Notes under the pieces: model-generated | Told to the model about the DNA's origin: nothing | Seen by the model: the letters and a program-made list of their open reading frames with translations, nothing else | Database searches by the model: none | Made by a program: the position numbers and the translations under genes | In this document: in pieces, positions 47,134-61,499 of the stretch | How positions within the stretch are numbered: the first letter of the stretch is position 1 | Layout: each line of letters begins with the position of its first letter | Origin: the human T2T-CHM13v2.0 reference genome, Homo sapiens | Assembly: GCF_009914755.1 (NCBI RefSeq) | Contig: NC_060928.1 | Length of the DNA stretch: 64,000 nucleotides | Reading direction: 5' to 3' (one strand)

Positions 47134-47466
47134 ATATTGTACACATTGAATATATACAATTTTTATTTGTCAACTATACCTCAATAAAATTGCGGAAAAG
47201 TAGTTGAATAGCTAAGAAAAAAGAATTTTGTCTTTTAAATAGGCTCCAGTTGGGAAAATATGACAAAATATGCCTTTTAAATAGTTTTTGAGACAGGTGT
47301 TGAATTTAAATATAAATTAAAGCTTTGGTAATTTAAAAGTTACACTTTGAAACCCAGCATCTCCCACCATTTCAAAGTTCTTATAACCCTTCCCGTGGGT
47401 GAATATGATTCTTAACTTCAACACTGGCCTTAGCAAATTAAAAAAAAAAAAAAAGAATGTAACCAT

Positions 47467-47738
47467 GGCTGGGCATGGTGGCTCACACCTGTGATCCCAG
47501 TGCTTTGGGAGGTGGAGGCAGGTGGATCACCTGAGGTCCGGAGTTTGAGACCAGCCTGGCCAATATGGTGAAACCGTGTCTCTACTAAAAATAGGTGGTG
47601 GTGTGAGCCTGTAATCCCAGCTACTCTAGAGGCTGAAGCAGGAGTATCAATTCAACCCGGGAGGTGGAGGTTGCAGTGGGCTGAAATCTCACCATTGCAC
47701 TCCAGTGTGGGCAACAAGAGTGAAACTCCGTCACAATC
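47467..47738 (+). mobile_element. Alu (AluS) with linker deletion and almost no tail
   Basis: TSD AAAGAATGTAACCAT on both sides; CTACTAAAAATA joins directly to GGTGGTGG. Confidence 0.95.
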
Positions 47739-47808
47739 AAAGAATGTAACCATAATGTAGCTCCACTTTGACATTTTCAAAAGAAAGTGATGACCTCTGA
47801 AATCTCTA

Positions 47809-48168
<360 letters not shown>

Positions 48169-48769
48169 GCACTGTAAATAGATTGAATATACCCATGTGA
48201 AATAATACATTAACATAAAAAATTTTCATCACACCTGGTTATGAAAATGCAAAAATACGTCTTTTGTTTTTAAACTGCCTTTAAGCATAATCACTGATTT
48301 AAAAAAAATTCTTAACTGTTAATAATTTCTACTGATATATCTGTGAATATTGGTTTTTATAAAATAATTTTTGTCCTATTTCTATTACCAGTACTTTTCC
48401 AAGTGGTCTGGGAGTATCAACCACACAACTGATATAATCTTGTGCCATATTACTCTGAGTAGAATTATTTATGGAAAATAGGATAATTAGACGAAAGCGC
48501 TTTCCAACCAGAATCTGACTGACTGTAATGTGTGGAAGGGTGTTCTAAATTGGAAGGAACACCTCTGATGGTCCGAGTTCCCTTACTGAGTGGATGATCA
48601 CTTTAATACCAATACAAACAAATTCTTTTTTGTAACGTGTGCCATTAGGGAGAGACTCGCCATGATATTCTAATAGATTGAATGACATGTATGTATTTTC
48701 TTATATGAATTGAGTGAAGTCTACTGTTGGTTGCCCTGACTGAATCTCTCCCAGTAATTCAGAACCTAC

Positions 48770-50005
48770 CAAGTGATTGTCTAAACTCTGCTCTTGTCAA
48801 CACTACGGATGTCCTGCATGAAGTCAAATCTTCTAGGTGATTTCAGTTTCTCATTTTGCTTGCTGTGTCAGTGATATCCAATAACTAGATCACTTATTTC
48901 TCTGGAAACAACCCTTCTACTTCTTTATATAACAGCTTCCTTGTGTTTGTTCTTTCTTGTTGGATTCTCCCTCTTTCACAGGCTCCATTCCTGACGTAAT
49001 CTAAACCTTGAAATTCCTCTGCTTAAGAGATCTCATCAATCTCCATGACTTTAAACACCACCTGTGAGACAACATCTCCAAATATACATTTTTTAGCCCA
49101 GACATATTTTCTGAGTTCCAGGCATATATTTACAACAGCTTGCTTGACACATCTACTTGAATATATCTTAAGTATCTCAAACTTTGCATATTTAAAACAG
49201 AAATCACAATTTTCCCCTTAATCTTGTTCTTGCCCAAGATGTTCATTTTAGGAAAAGGCATTCTATTCAACTAGTTTCTTAAGACAAATCTAGGGTTTGC
49301 CCCCCTCTCCATCTCTATTATCACTATCCTAATAAAAAAAATTTAACTAATTAATTGATTTCCCAATTTGTCCTTTTCGAGAAAAAAATCCACTCTTCAC
49401 ATGGCAAACTATATCCTATTTTTATAATGTAAATTAGAGTACGTAACTCACTGGCTTAAAGTTACTCCATTGTTTTCTATAGTATGCAGAATCAAATTAA
49501 AAACCCTTCTTGTAGCTAAAGAAGTCCTACTTATCTGTCTCCAGACTCTTTTCTAATCATATCTAATTCTACATTACTTTTTTCCACAGAATTGCAACAA
49601 GCACATTTACCAGTTTAAACTGAGAGATAATGCATGAGGGATGGTATATTTTTCATATTTCACCACCTTGGTTTTGCTGTTCACTTTTCTGGCATGACTG
49701 ACTCAAGATCGTTCTTTTAGCAAACACTTCATTTGGAGGCCTTTTCCAACCACCCGATCTGTAGTAGGCTCACTTGTTATTTCCTGTCATGTCAGCGTTT
49801 GTAATTTCCATGAAAGTACAAATCAAAATCTGTCATTATTTCACATGTTTGATGTTCATTTTGATATGTTCCATACTGGCCCTGCCTAGACTCAGCTTTC
49901 TGAGCCAGTGATCCTGTTCTCTACTTCATTCACATTACCTATCATACTGATTGTTACATAATAAATATTCAAGAAAATATTTGTGGCATAAATAAATAAA
50001 TGAAT
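48770..50005 (+). mobile_element. Long L2 fragment (ORF2 remnant to 3' end)
   Basis: CCATGACTTTAAACACCACC...TTTTAGCCCAGAC...TCTGAGTTCCAG...GACACATCTACTTGAAT; ends in a TAAATGAAT tail. Confidence 0.7.
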
Positions 50006-51804
50006 ATCCAAGTCACTCCTTGCTCGGGAATAAATGACTTCGTAGATGAGCATCATACAAACTGTGTTCAAGAATTGTGAATAAAATGCTTTGTTAATAT
50101 CAATTAATGCGAAAAATGACAACATCTTATGTTTATTGGAAAGTTTATACTGAAAAATTAACATATGGAGTGGTTATTAATGAAAGAAGAAAAAAAAAGG
50201 AGAAACAAAAGAAAATAGTAGAGCTTTGAGGTATTGAGATACTATTGCTGTGCTTGTGTAGGTTATTGAATTAATCCATTCAGTTACATATTCATTTTCT
50301 AATTAACTGATACAAACAGTTCAAGTACTGACTAGTAGTTTATAGCTGCAGGTCAAAATGTCTCAGTGGATGTGCAGTTCTAAAAATGGCTCTGCAATTA
50401 CAGTAGTTTTATTTATCTCCAGGCACTTGAAGCATCTAGCAGCTTCTAATTGCTATCAAAGAAATATCTAGACTTTTCCAGCCTGTTCTCCTCCCTAACC
50501 TATCTGCAGAACAAATATTGTCATTTCTGACAGGACGAATGAGAGCAACCACAAATAATATATGATAAAAGTAACTCCTCTGTACACATGAGAACCTATC
50601 TATACATGGTAGCAAATAGTTTTACGAAGGTTTTACAAAATAGCACAGTTTCTAGTCTGGTCCCTTGATAATTGGTATATGTGAAATATAGTCCCTGAAC
50701 TTTATAGAATGTTTCCTATCACATAAGGCCTGTCATGTTCTGTTTTTAGAATAACTGGTTATAGGTAAAGGTGACCCAACAGACTGCAAATCTCACTTCT
50801 AGACAATTACTGTTAAAGAGATAACCTATTTAAACAAAGTAACAGGGAATTGCATGTAACATAAGGAAATAAGGACATAGATCAGGGTAGCATTTTAAAA
50901 TTCTTCTGCAAATAGGTAATTAGCAGGTAAAAATAGCAAATAAGCTTGCTTCAGCTGTCTCAAGTTAGAGAATAGGTTATTATTGGAATCCACATGGCTT
51001 TAATATTTGGCTATGTAAAGCTAGGTAAGTGAAACAGAGGTTGTAGAGTTCAGGTTAAATTATGAAAAAGAAAGTTTTTACTTGTTTGATTACTTGAATC
51101 ACATATAAAATTCCATGGATACAAATGTCATTAAGTAGAACAATTCTGTGAAACAGTCATTTTTCTTTTTCTAATACATGGCTCATAGAAATAAAACTCT
51201 GAAAATCTGATTTTTAAAAATTCCCTTATTAAAAATTCTTTGTGAAAAAGTATTTCTTAAATTTCTATCTGCTCCTTATAATGACAGTACCTGAGTCATG
51301 ATAAAAGAGAGATAGAAAGGAGACTTATCTCACTTTGATTTATGTGTAGTTTTTTGCTTTGCCATTAGCAGTCACTTTTTTTTCATTCTCTTAATCTTAT
51401 TTCTTTAAGAACCTTGATATGTGACACCACAACTATAAAATGATGCTCCTTACTTCTAAAATACAAGAAATAAAAACCTAACTCTAATTTTTGTCACATG
51501 GATATATTTTTAAAAATCTAGAGTTTTCGTTTGTTGGCTTATGTTTTTGGAACTCTGCTAAGAACTCTTCTATTCTTATAGGAACATAGACATGGCCCAA
51601 AGATTAATTTTAATCTTTCATTAAATAATGAATATATACAAATAATATTTCTATCATATATGTTTAAAAATAGTCTAAAGTTAATATCATTATTCTTCCC
51701 CAGAACATTGAAAGAAAAAACCCATAAGAACAGTTCAATACTATTCACCCCCTCCCTCTTCTTTCTAAGCATTGTTTAGATTTTAGTAATTTTTTTTAAC
51801 CTGT

Positions 51805-52225
51805 TGTTGTGTGTTAATTTTGTCTTCTGAAAAAATATGTTTAAATTCAAATTTTCAGTACTTATAAATGCGATCTTATTTGGATATTGGGTCTTTGCAG
51901 ATATAATCAAGTTACAATGGGTCTATACGGGAGTGAGGAGGGCCCTAAAATTAGTATGGCTGGTGTCTTTATGAGAAGAGATTCAAACAACAGTGAAGAA
52001 GCAGAGACTTGAGTGACACATTTCAAGTCAAGGAAAGCCAAGGATGGCTGGCTGACACACAAGCATGGAACAGACACTCCCCTGGGATCTTCAGAGATAT
52101 CTAGGCCCTGTTGACAACTCGATTTGAAATTTCTAACCTCCAGAAACATAAGAGAATAAATTACTGTTTTATAAAACCACCCTGCCCATTGTAATTCAAT
52201 ATAGTAACACAAGGAAACTAATACA
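51805..52225 (+). mobile_element. MLT1B/C MaLR LTR
   Basis: GGGTCTTTGCAGATATAATCAAGTTA...AAGCCAAGGATGGCTGGC...GAGAATAAATT...GGAAACTAATACA. Confidence 0.85.
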
Positions 52226-52229
52226 CTCC

Positions 52230-53590
52230 TCAAATATGATGTTATTTTTGTTTCATTCAGAAAATACTTGTTTATATATATCAATGTGTTTACCAGTATC
52301 TTAACTCATAACCTCATTTTGCATGTCAAGCAACTTTCTATCTGAGATTTGTTTCCTTCTCTCCATAGTATATCCTAAAATATACTCATAATGATGGTTC
52401 GTTGGTAGTAACAAAACAAAAACAAAACACTATAAATTTCTATTTGTATTAGGCCCAAGCTTAATAGTATTAAACAGTTTAATACTACTATTAAAGTCCA
52501 AGTATTAAACCGTTTAATACTCTTATTAAAGGTGAAATTCGTATTAAGCCCAAGCTTGATGGCTTAATACAAATTTATATGGCTCGGGCTTAATATAAAT
52601 TTATAGTGATTTTAGATAATCACTGGGTGACACACTGTATATGAAATGATGTTGCCTCCATCAAACACCTATTGTAGCTATTGGGAAGTCAGTTTTTAGT
52701 TTCATCATGGCTCCTTTATGGTCAATTTATCTTAATTTCAATATATTTCATTGGCTGTTTGTTCTATGTAGATTCACTGTGACATGTCTAAGTTTAGATT
52801 TCTCCTTTTTATACTGTTTACAATTGATTGGGTTTTCAGGATCTAAGAATTGTTCTTTTTAAGTTTAGGAAAATTCTCTGCCATTATCTCTTTGAATATT
52901 GTCACTTCTTTCTCTTATGTCTTTCTGAAAACCTGCTCAGATTCATATTATACATTCTCAATCATCCATACTGCTTATCTTTTTTATATTGAATCTGTTT
53001 TGCTTCAGTGATTCTATTTATAAAATTCATCCATCTTTATAACCTGGTTTATAATTTAATTGGTTCTTTTTCATATATTCTTAGATATTATATTTTATAT
53101 TATATTAAGTATTCATATTTTAATTATTTTATTTACCTTTCTAAAACAATACATACTTTTTTTTTAACTTGCAGCTCCAATATCTGTACTCGTTGGGAAT
53201 CTAACTTTTCTGTCTCTTCTTTCTGTAAGTTCTTGCTCATGATGGTTTCTCTTATTGTAAGCTTTGTGATTTTTTTTTTAACTGTGGTTTTATTTCTCCT
53301 GGAAGATTATCTGTGAGATTTTTGTAAGGCCTGGCTGAAAAAAGCATTTCTCTTGAGAGTACTTGTATTTGCTTCTGCCTGGTGCCCAAAGGTACTTACA
53401 TGGGATCACTTAGAAATAAATTCTCAGCTTGAAAGTTTTGGATCACTAGCTGCAAATCCATATGAGGGCCAGTTTGTGAGTATGAATTCTCAGGAGAGAT
53501 TTCTTTTTCCTTCCATCCAATGCCAAGATCCCAATAGGCATGTTTCTTTGTGTGTGTGTGGTTTTTTTTTTTTTTTTTTCCACACTGTAG
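52230..53590 (-). mobile_element. Old L1 (L1ME/L1M5) ORF1-side fragment hosting a palindrome cluster
   Basis: T-rich antisense L1 motifs, e.g. AGTTTAGGAAAATTCTCTGCCATTATCTCTTTGAATATTG. Confidence 0.6.
52428..52608. repeat. Nested inverted-repeat cluster (outer stem plus three inner hairpins)
   Basis: CACTATAAATTT (52428-52439)/AAATTTATAGTG (52597-52608); TAGTATTAAAC-A-GTTTAATACTA (52465-52487); AGTATTAAAC-C-GTTTAATACT (52501-52521); AAATTCGTATTAAGCC-N10-GGCTTAATACAAATTT (52535-52576). Confidence 0.9.
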
Positions 53591-53599
53591 ATTTATTTC

Positions 53600-54185
53600 T
53601 GTTTCTACTATATACTGCTAGTGGAAGTGCAATTGAGTACAACCAGCTTTGGAAACTGTTTCATTATTACTAAATTTAAATATACATATGCCCTTTGGTC
53701 TAGCAATTTCTTTCCTCTGTATATATTCAACAGAAATATGTGCACTGATACAACAAAAAATTGTGCAAAAATGTTGATGGATGCATTAACTTTACAGCCA
53801 AACACTGATGCACCCACATGTCCATTAGTAATAGAATAAATAAGTAAATAGAGTTATGGTCAGAATGCAGAATATTATACGGAAATAAATTGAATAAACC
53901 ACTGCTGCAGGCAGAAATGTAACATGTAAAATAATGTAAAATGAGCCAGGCACAACAATATTTACTATAAGATTTATTATGTAAAGTTTCGAAGATTCAA
54001 AACTAATCTAAAGGGCTGGAATTAAGGAGAGTGATCAACCCTGGGAGAAAGGAAGGATAAAGAAGAGGGCGTAGGAGTAGCATCTGGCAATAGGTTCAGG
54101 TTACAAAGGGATGTTTACTTTATTCTTACTCTTTGAAAACCTATTTATGATTTGCACATTTTCTACCTGTAAAATACTTAAAACA
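53600..54185 (+). mobile_element. L1ME-type 3' end fragment
   Basis: ACTGCTAGTGGAAGTGCAATTGAGTACAACCAGCTTTGGAAAC...CTAGCAATTTC... Confidence 0.7.
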
Positions 54186-54229
54186 AAGGGAAAGAAAATG
54201 AGTATGGAATTATATCCTCATCTTCTTTA

Positions 54230-54780
54230 AATCCTTCATCGACTCACTGTCCACTGAAGATACAATATAATCCTCATCAAAGTATACTTGTCCTCTCCCC
54301 ACCTTCCTCTCCAACAAAACATAGGATCATTTTCTCTCACGCATTCCAGACCAAGCACAGTCATCTTTTGTTTCCTCCAAATGCCAAAATGTTCCCTAGC
54401 TTAAGGTATTTACATGGGTTATTCCTTCTTTCTGTCATTGTCTGTTATACGATTGTAAACTATTTGCTTCCATCTCAAATCTTCTTACACTCTGAAAAAT
54501 GTCACTTTTAACAAGACACATTCATGGATCCCCAATCAAATTATAATCCATCTCACCTCTAATTTTCTTTTATAGATCTTATTGTTTCCTTTAGTAGCTT
54601 TTGCTATAATGTGTAACCTGTATAGCGTATGAATTATATACGTGTTCCTCTGGATTCCTGTAAGCCTCATGGTGGCAGGATCCACTTTAATTTTACTCTT
54701 CATTATATACCATGTCCTTATTCTAGCACAATATCTGGTTCTGAGTGGCCACAATGAGTGAACTGCTGAATGAATAAAGA
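54230..54780 (+). mobile_element. L2 3' fragment
   Basis: CTGTAAGCCTCATGGTGGCAGG...CTAGCACAATATCTGG...GCTGAATGAAT. Confidence 0.6.
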
Positions 54781-55360
54781 ATCTGACCCATTTCTATTGT
54801 AATAGAAATCAAAGGAGGGATAGGAAATACAAATTAGTCCTCTATCTCTCATAATATTCTTTAATCATCTTTATTTTGAGAAACTATGAGGCTCATTGCA
54901 GAGATCACTATTTCTTACTTTTATTATCTGTGTGCAACATACTATGAAGCCCAGAACTAGACCAGTGCCAGAAAATATTTGAAATAAATTATGTAGGGGC
55001 AGTGTTGAATTAAGAATTAAGAGTTTAACATATAATATTTATTTATAAAATCAATTTCTCTAAAAAAAGAGTATTATTGATTGTCTTGGTTATCCACTTA
55101 CAGTCAAAATATGGATAACCTTGACTAAGGAGGAGGCTTTAATACAAAATGAACATAAAATTCACTAAAAATTAGAGTTTTATGTATCTTAAGCCTGAAG
55201 AATTTATTTTTTCCCCATGCACTCAATTTTATCAATTCATGAGTAATGTACTGGTAATCAGCATATATTGATTATTCCCTCATATTGAGCATCAAGATAC
55301 CAAATAAATATAAATTTATATATAATTTTATACAAATCAGTTATACTAAGCTGTAAAGCA

Positions 55361-56365
55361 CAAGTTCTCCAAGTATGGTCAATAAATCCCCCAAATCCTT
55401 CTCAGAGGCAAAAATATTTTTATTAGTATGCTAAGCTCTTATTTCCATTTTTCAATAATTAACATTTCAACTGATCATACAAAAGCAATGGTGGCCACAC
55501 TGTTTTCTCCTCAGTACTAAACTGTACTAGTAGTGTTGAATTCTTTACTGCCACCCTATTGCTAAGTAAAATTATAATTATTCCAGTTGCACTTAAGAAT
55601 AATATTGGTGAAGCAGTACTTATTAATTATATTAAATTTCAAACTTCGATAGCTAATGTGATAAAGTGAGAAGTACAATAGAGTTCTAGTGCCTCATAGG
55701 TGACTAGAGGCACTATGTAAGGTCAATGGTGACTTTAATAAAAATTTGTGTGTGATTGAGCTGTGAGCTTAAGTGGCACATTTGTCATAAAGCATTTTAA
55801 TTTGAAAAAAAAAAAGACTAAAAAACAAACTGGTTATTCTGAGTTGAAAATTTGGCAGATATTTTCTCGAAAATGTATCAAGGAGTCTGTTACTTTAAGA
55901 ATAAATGACTACTTTCTGCCAAAGAAAAAGTTTAAGTTTTCAAATTAAAAATAGAATTTTGGATAACTCATATCTACTGCAATAAACTTGGAAGATTTCC
56001 AATACTAGAGATTGTTCTGATCATTTGGATGGTTATATTAATCAAGTGATTTTTTTATATTATATAATGAATTGTATCAAAATAGGAAAGACTTGTATAA
56101 TTAAGTTATTTGATATCTTTGAGATGATCAAAGCATAATATGATTATATATAAGTAATATTTTCTAAATGCAGAATAGACCAACAGATTTGAATGGAAGA
56201 GAGTCTGATGTGGCTTTAAGTCCACATCGTAACTATCCTTTAAGAAACAATCACTTATTGAGTTTGGGTGTAACATCAAAGAAATATATCCAAAATTATC
56301 TGAAAAGGCTATTAAGGAGTTCCTTTTCCAACTACCTATCTGTGTGAAGTTGGGTTTTCTTCATA
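55361..56365. mobile_element. Charlie1a-like hAT DNA transposon fragment
   Basis: CAAGTTCTCCAAGTATGGTC start; CAAAAGCAATGGTGG; CCTTTTCCAACTACCTATCTGTGTGAAGTTGGGTTTTCT reads PFPTTYLCEVGFS (hAT dimerisation-domain motif). Confidence 0.75.
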
Positions 56366-57821
56366 AATTTTCTTCATAGTTTTGAAATAAACAATATGAA
56401 AAACATACACAGCCATGACAGGGCCAGATATGTTCTGAAGACAGTGAATTAGCCAGTGTCTCTGTGGAGATAATGAAGAGACTGTAGAGCAAGTTACGAG
56501 AGAAGTTTGAAGAGTCCGATATGGATGGCATTTGAGTTATCTTCTACACTGGAGCCCTCCAGAGAATGGTATGAGGATAATGATGGAGTGGTGGGGTTTG
56601 AGTGTGTAATGAGAATCTGTTGGCAGTATAGGAGAATCAGCAGGGCCCTCATTTGGGAGGCTTCCATCATAATCTTGGTGAGATGATGTGGGTCATAACT
56701 AATCAGTGAACGTGATGATAGAAAACATGAATCAACTGAATATAATTGATATAGGTGTAATATGTATGCTTACCTAAGAAGGAAAAGAAAGAAAGACTTG
56801 GAATAAATAATGATCCTTTCCCTCAAGTAATTCTTATTCCAGCTTTGTGTAGATAATTAACACATATGCTAATGTAAAATGAATTTGGTGAGAACAAATC
56901 TACACACTCCAAGTGCTGTGGCTCATAAGAGAATCAAGTTTAGATTAGTCAGGAAATGAATGAAAAAAAGTCAGTGGTAACAAACAAAATATTTGTAATT
57001 CACCAAACAATAAGGGGAGATGTTTGAAAGTAGAGAAAAAATACAGTTGGTTAATTTAGAGGTTTTAGATTAGGAAGGGACTGGAAATCAGTCAGGGAGT
57101 GAAGAAACTTCATGTAGCTGTTGATAAACTACTTAGGGAAATACAGGTATCCAATAGAGATATGCTGAAAGGATGAATAAATTATGTCACATGACTGAAG
57201 GATTTTTAGGAAAGTGGCATGGTATATGTAGCAAACAGTAAGGAAGAAACCACTAATCAACATACAAATCTATATTTAGATTTTTAAATGTCAACATGGT
57301 GGTAAACTTAGTATGAACATTACAGAAAAGGAATAAACTCATTGCATTCATGTAGTATGCTATAATGAGATTTTTTTAGAACTTAATATGAAACAAGTCA
57401 AGTGTGGTTGTGGATAATTTTAAAATTTGTGTTTAAAAAAGAAACTCTTACCTGTTAAAACACCATATTTATGAAGCAAAATCTTAAATGTTTGCATATA
57501 ATTCATTTATATTTTCTTGGATTTTCAGAAATAAATAATCTTAACAATTACTTAATGTGTAAAATCTAAGGTAATTATATCCAAAAAGGTAGTAAACTAA
57601 ATGTTTCTCTTACAAGAAGAAAAATTTAAACTCCCAATGATAAAAAACTGAAAAGCTGAGTTGTGTTCTACTACTTGAAATATTCAGAACAGAATTAACT
57701 CTTTGTTTATTCATGGAAATCATTAATAAATAAGAATTTCCATTTATGCCACCAATAAACTTGTGCCATCTTAATTATATTTAACACAGATACCTCATAG
57801 GTGTTGATAAATTCCAGGCTA

Positions 57822-58119
57822 GCCTGTAATCCCAGCACTTTGGGAGGCCGAGGCGGGCGGATCACGAGGTCAAGGGATCGAGACCATCCTGGCCAACATG
57901 GTGAAACCCCGTCTCTACTAAAAAAATACAAAAAAATTAGCTGGGCGTGGTGGCTCATGCCTGCAGTCCCAGCTACTCAGGAGGCTGAGGCAGGAGTATG
58001 GCTCGAACCCAGGAGGTGGAGTTTGCAGTGTGCCGAGATCGCTCCACTGCACATCCAGCCTGGCGACAGAGCGAGACTCCTTCTCAAGAAAAAAACAATA
58101 AAAATAAAAATAAAATAAA
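57822..58119 (+). mobile_element. 5'-truncated Alu (AluSc-like)
   Basis: Starts GCCTGTAATCCC; perfect TSD ATAAATTCCAGGCTAGC (57807-57823, 58120-58136) overlapping the Alu start by GC microhomology. Confidence 0.95.
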
Positions 58120-59263
58120 ATAAATTCCAGGCTAGCATATTTTAATAGAATTTAAATATAATGTAAATTGTATTGTACATTTAGTATATGTATGATATGT
58201 AGCATTGAATTGTAAATTTGGTGTAATATACAATGTTCATGTATGATATATATATTGTATTTCTATGTGCCTTTAGTATAATATGTAGAATAGGTTATGC
58301 TAACATGTAAAAAACAAAGCTGTAAATGTATACTGTAGCAACATTATTTACTAGTCTCATATTAGTTATTAAGTTGGGGTAATAAAGGCAATAAATAACT
58401 CTTATTTAAGAAAATTAGAAAATTAAAGCCCTTCTAAAAGTTCATGTTTTTTATTAAAAATTTTTTAAAAGCTTATTTTGAAACTGAAGATGGAATGATA
58501 TATAGCAGGAGAGATTATGTTATAAAGCTAGCTAGGGTAAATACTGTAAGAAGAGCTTAACACTGAATAATTTACAAACCCCCAAACACCGTAAGTTTCA
58601 TTACCCTAGATACTTTTTTATAGCAACATATTTCTACCTCTCTAAGTATAAAATATATTGAACACAGTAAAACACTTTTTTGTTAAATTTAGATTGCAGA
58701 TGTTGACACTGTTAGCATTTTAGAATATCTGGATTACTTAACCAACCTCTCTTGTGGATGTCATGGCAATAAATTAGGACATTTGCAAAGCACTTGTAAA
58801 ATGAGCAGTTTGTAACTGAGTTCTTAGCTTTTGCTGGGCATAATATAATGTTTAAGACTATGTTGGGTAACATTTTCCCATTTCCCAGCTTCATTTCATG
58901 TGGAAAATGCTTTTCCTTTCTGGGAAACACTGTCTAATTTCACACATAAGCAAAATCCATTTTTATGGTAACATATGAGCCACAATGGAGGTGACACTAA
59001 AAGTAAAATTTGAAATATATCTTTCAGTGCAATGAGAATGCTATGCACACAATTATTTGAGCTAATTGTTACAACTGGGATTTAAGCTGAGAGGGAGATT
59101 ATTTAGCCAATGAGAGGAAAGCAAAAATAATCCTGCACAGTCTTCTAACTCAGGACAATCATACATCATTTCTGAATGTCCAACATAATTGACATCTTAT
59201 CTTTCCAAACTGCACTTTAGTTCTATAGGCAATTTTCTACTTGCGGAAAGGTATCAAATGGCA

Positions 59264-59308
<45 letters not shown>
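59264..59308. repeat. (CA)n microsatellite
   Basis: About 22 uninterrupted units. Confidence 0.95.
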
Positions 59309-59310
<2 letters not shown>

Positions 59311-59869
59311 AAAACCAAAGAAGAAGGGTAAAAAAATCTTGAGAAGAAGAAAGCAATTTAACCAGTAATACATACAGATGAGCTATCTAGATAGATATGA
59401 TAGACAGCATGGTGTTACAAAAAATCACTAATCTCAGTGTCAAGAGGCTTGGTTGTGATAGAATTTCTGTTATTAATTCTGTGACCTTCTCCAACTTGAC
59501 TAGCATTTGTGAAGACTACAATAAGTTAGTAATCCACTCCCATCATCAAATAATTTGGACTTTGAGAATTAAAACTACTAAGTCAGTGTCTAATGGCTAG
59601 AGAAGAAATACATAGGAAACTTACATGACAAATTGCTTTTATATGAAACTTATAAGAAAAAATTGTCAATGAAGAAGATATTTGGTCTGCTATAAAAGCA
59701 GGGAAAGGTTACTCATAGAGGTTTTTGAATTGCATGAACCTTGGAGATTATACTCACTCCAATATTTCATTTTATAGGTGAGCTAACTGTACCACAGAGG
59801 TAGATTTGCTCCTATTCTGGGTCTTGTATTCCATTTAATTTTGGCTCAGAGTAAATTCATCTCCTTGGG

Positions 59870-60050
59870 GTAATGAAAAATGGCCTGAACTTTGTGTTGG
59901 AAAATCTAGATACAAATGTTAACTTTCTCAAGAACTTTAGCTTCTCTGAATTTCTAGTCCTTCATCTGTAAAAATAGAATGAAAGATATATCTTCTATAA
60001 GATCTCTGACAGAATCAAACAAATAATACATGTAGAAGTGTTTTTAAATT
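59870..60050 (+). mobile_element. MIR
   Basis: TTAGCTTCTCTGAATTTC...CTTCATCTGTAAAAATAG core. Confidence 0.6.
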
Positions 60051-60280
60051 CACTGCCTTTTACAATTAAAAAATGATCATTAACATGGAAAACGAAAGAA
60101 TTATGTTGTGAAAATGTATTCTGGGTATGTGACCACAAAGTGAGTTGTAGGATGCAGCCACAGGAGGAAGCATACCAGCACCAAGGTAACTGCTGCTTCT
60201 GTCAACATTCCCCTTGGCAATGTTGACCAGATTGCAGGGAACACAAACAATTCCTTTAAGTAGAAAGTAAATGGATTTAA

Positions 60281-60673
<393 letters not shown>

Positions 60674-60870
60674 TCATGGTATGAAAGACTAATGAGCATG
60701 CACTGCAAGCCCAGAGATCTACCTCATCTTGCTGCCACCAAAGCTTGCTCTTTTTTAAGTTTCCTCTAAGTAAATCTTTGACCACCTACCAACCTGGATT
60801 GGTCTTTTTGGTCTGAGCTTCCCCTCAGCTTACAAAGGGTGATTCTTGGTGCTAGAAAGGAATTTTCACA

Positions 60871-61193
60871 TTTTTTTTTTTTTTTTTGAGACAGAGTCTC
60901 ACTTTCTCACCCTCATCTAGACTCTGTCACCCAGGCTGGAGTGTAGTGGCATGATCTCGGCTCACTGGACCCTCTGCCTCCTGGATTCAAGCGATTCTCC
61001 TGCCTTAGCCTCCCTCAGTAGCTGGGATTATAGTTGCCCGCCCCCATGCCCGACTAATTTTTTTTTTATTTTTAGTAGAGACAGGGTTTCACCATGTTGG
61101 CCACGCTGCTCTTGAACTGCTGACCTCAAGTGATCCGCCCACCTCAGCCTCCCAAAGTGCTCGGATTACAGGTGTGAGCCACCACGCCCGACC
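60871..61193 (-). mobile_element. Alu (AluS) with a ~20-bp internal duplication/insertion
   Basis: Poly-T, GAGACAGAGTCTCACTTTCTCACCCTCATCTAGACTCTGTCACCCAGG..., ends CCACGCCCGACC. Confidence 0.95.
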
Positions 61194-61304
61194 TCAACAA
61201 CTTATTTACTATGATTTATCTTATTTTACTTTCTCTCCAGCTTCACTATCTCTTACTAAGAATTTCCTCTGTGTCTCTTGAATTTTTGATTGGATCTTTT
61301 TGCT

Positions 61305-61462
61305 ATTTAAGGACTTAAGAATATGCCAATCCAAATATGCTGCTTTAGCATATTGACCATTTTGATATGACTCTGACCTTCGTTCTGTTTCTTGTAAACA
61401 GGAGATAAAATTTCCATATGAAAGTTGTCCTCCCTAAATGGAAAAACAGTAACATTCTTTTT
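61305..61462 (+). mobile_element. MER34/MER39-group LTR 5' fragment
   Basis: GAATATGCCAATCCAAATATGCTGCTTTAGCATATTGACCATTTTGA. Confidence 0.5.
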
Positions 61463-61499
61463 CATATATTATCTGTTTTATTTATTTACTTTTCATATA

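Larger units (their letters stand above)
44840..47190 (+). mobile_element. L1MA9/L1MB-type 3' end fragment, split by LTR12
   Basis: AATAGAACTACCATAC...TACTATTCAGCCATTAAAAAGAAGGAAATC...; resumes after the LTR with TTGTACACATTGAATATATAC...ATACCTCAATAAA. Confidence 0.85.

Noticed and set aside
45548-47159. Cluster of overlapping ORFs up to 191 aa and a CpG-island-like signal
   Set aside because: All lie within the GC-rich LTR12, where stop-poor frames are expected
47440-47753. A-tract upstream of a nearly tail-less Alu, suggesting unusual integration
   Set aside because: The A-run is simply the A-rich L1 endonuclease target adjoining the TSD; tail shortening is common
52428-52608. tRNA or other known structured RNA gene
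   Set aside because: Too long and AT-rich, 1-nt loops, no Pol III A/B boxes; kept only as a palindrome cluster
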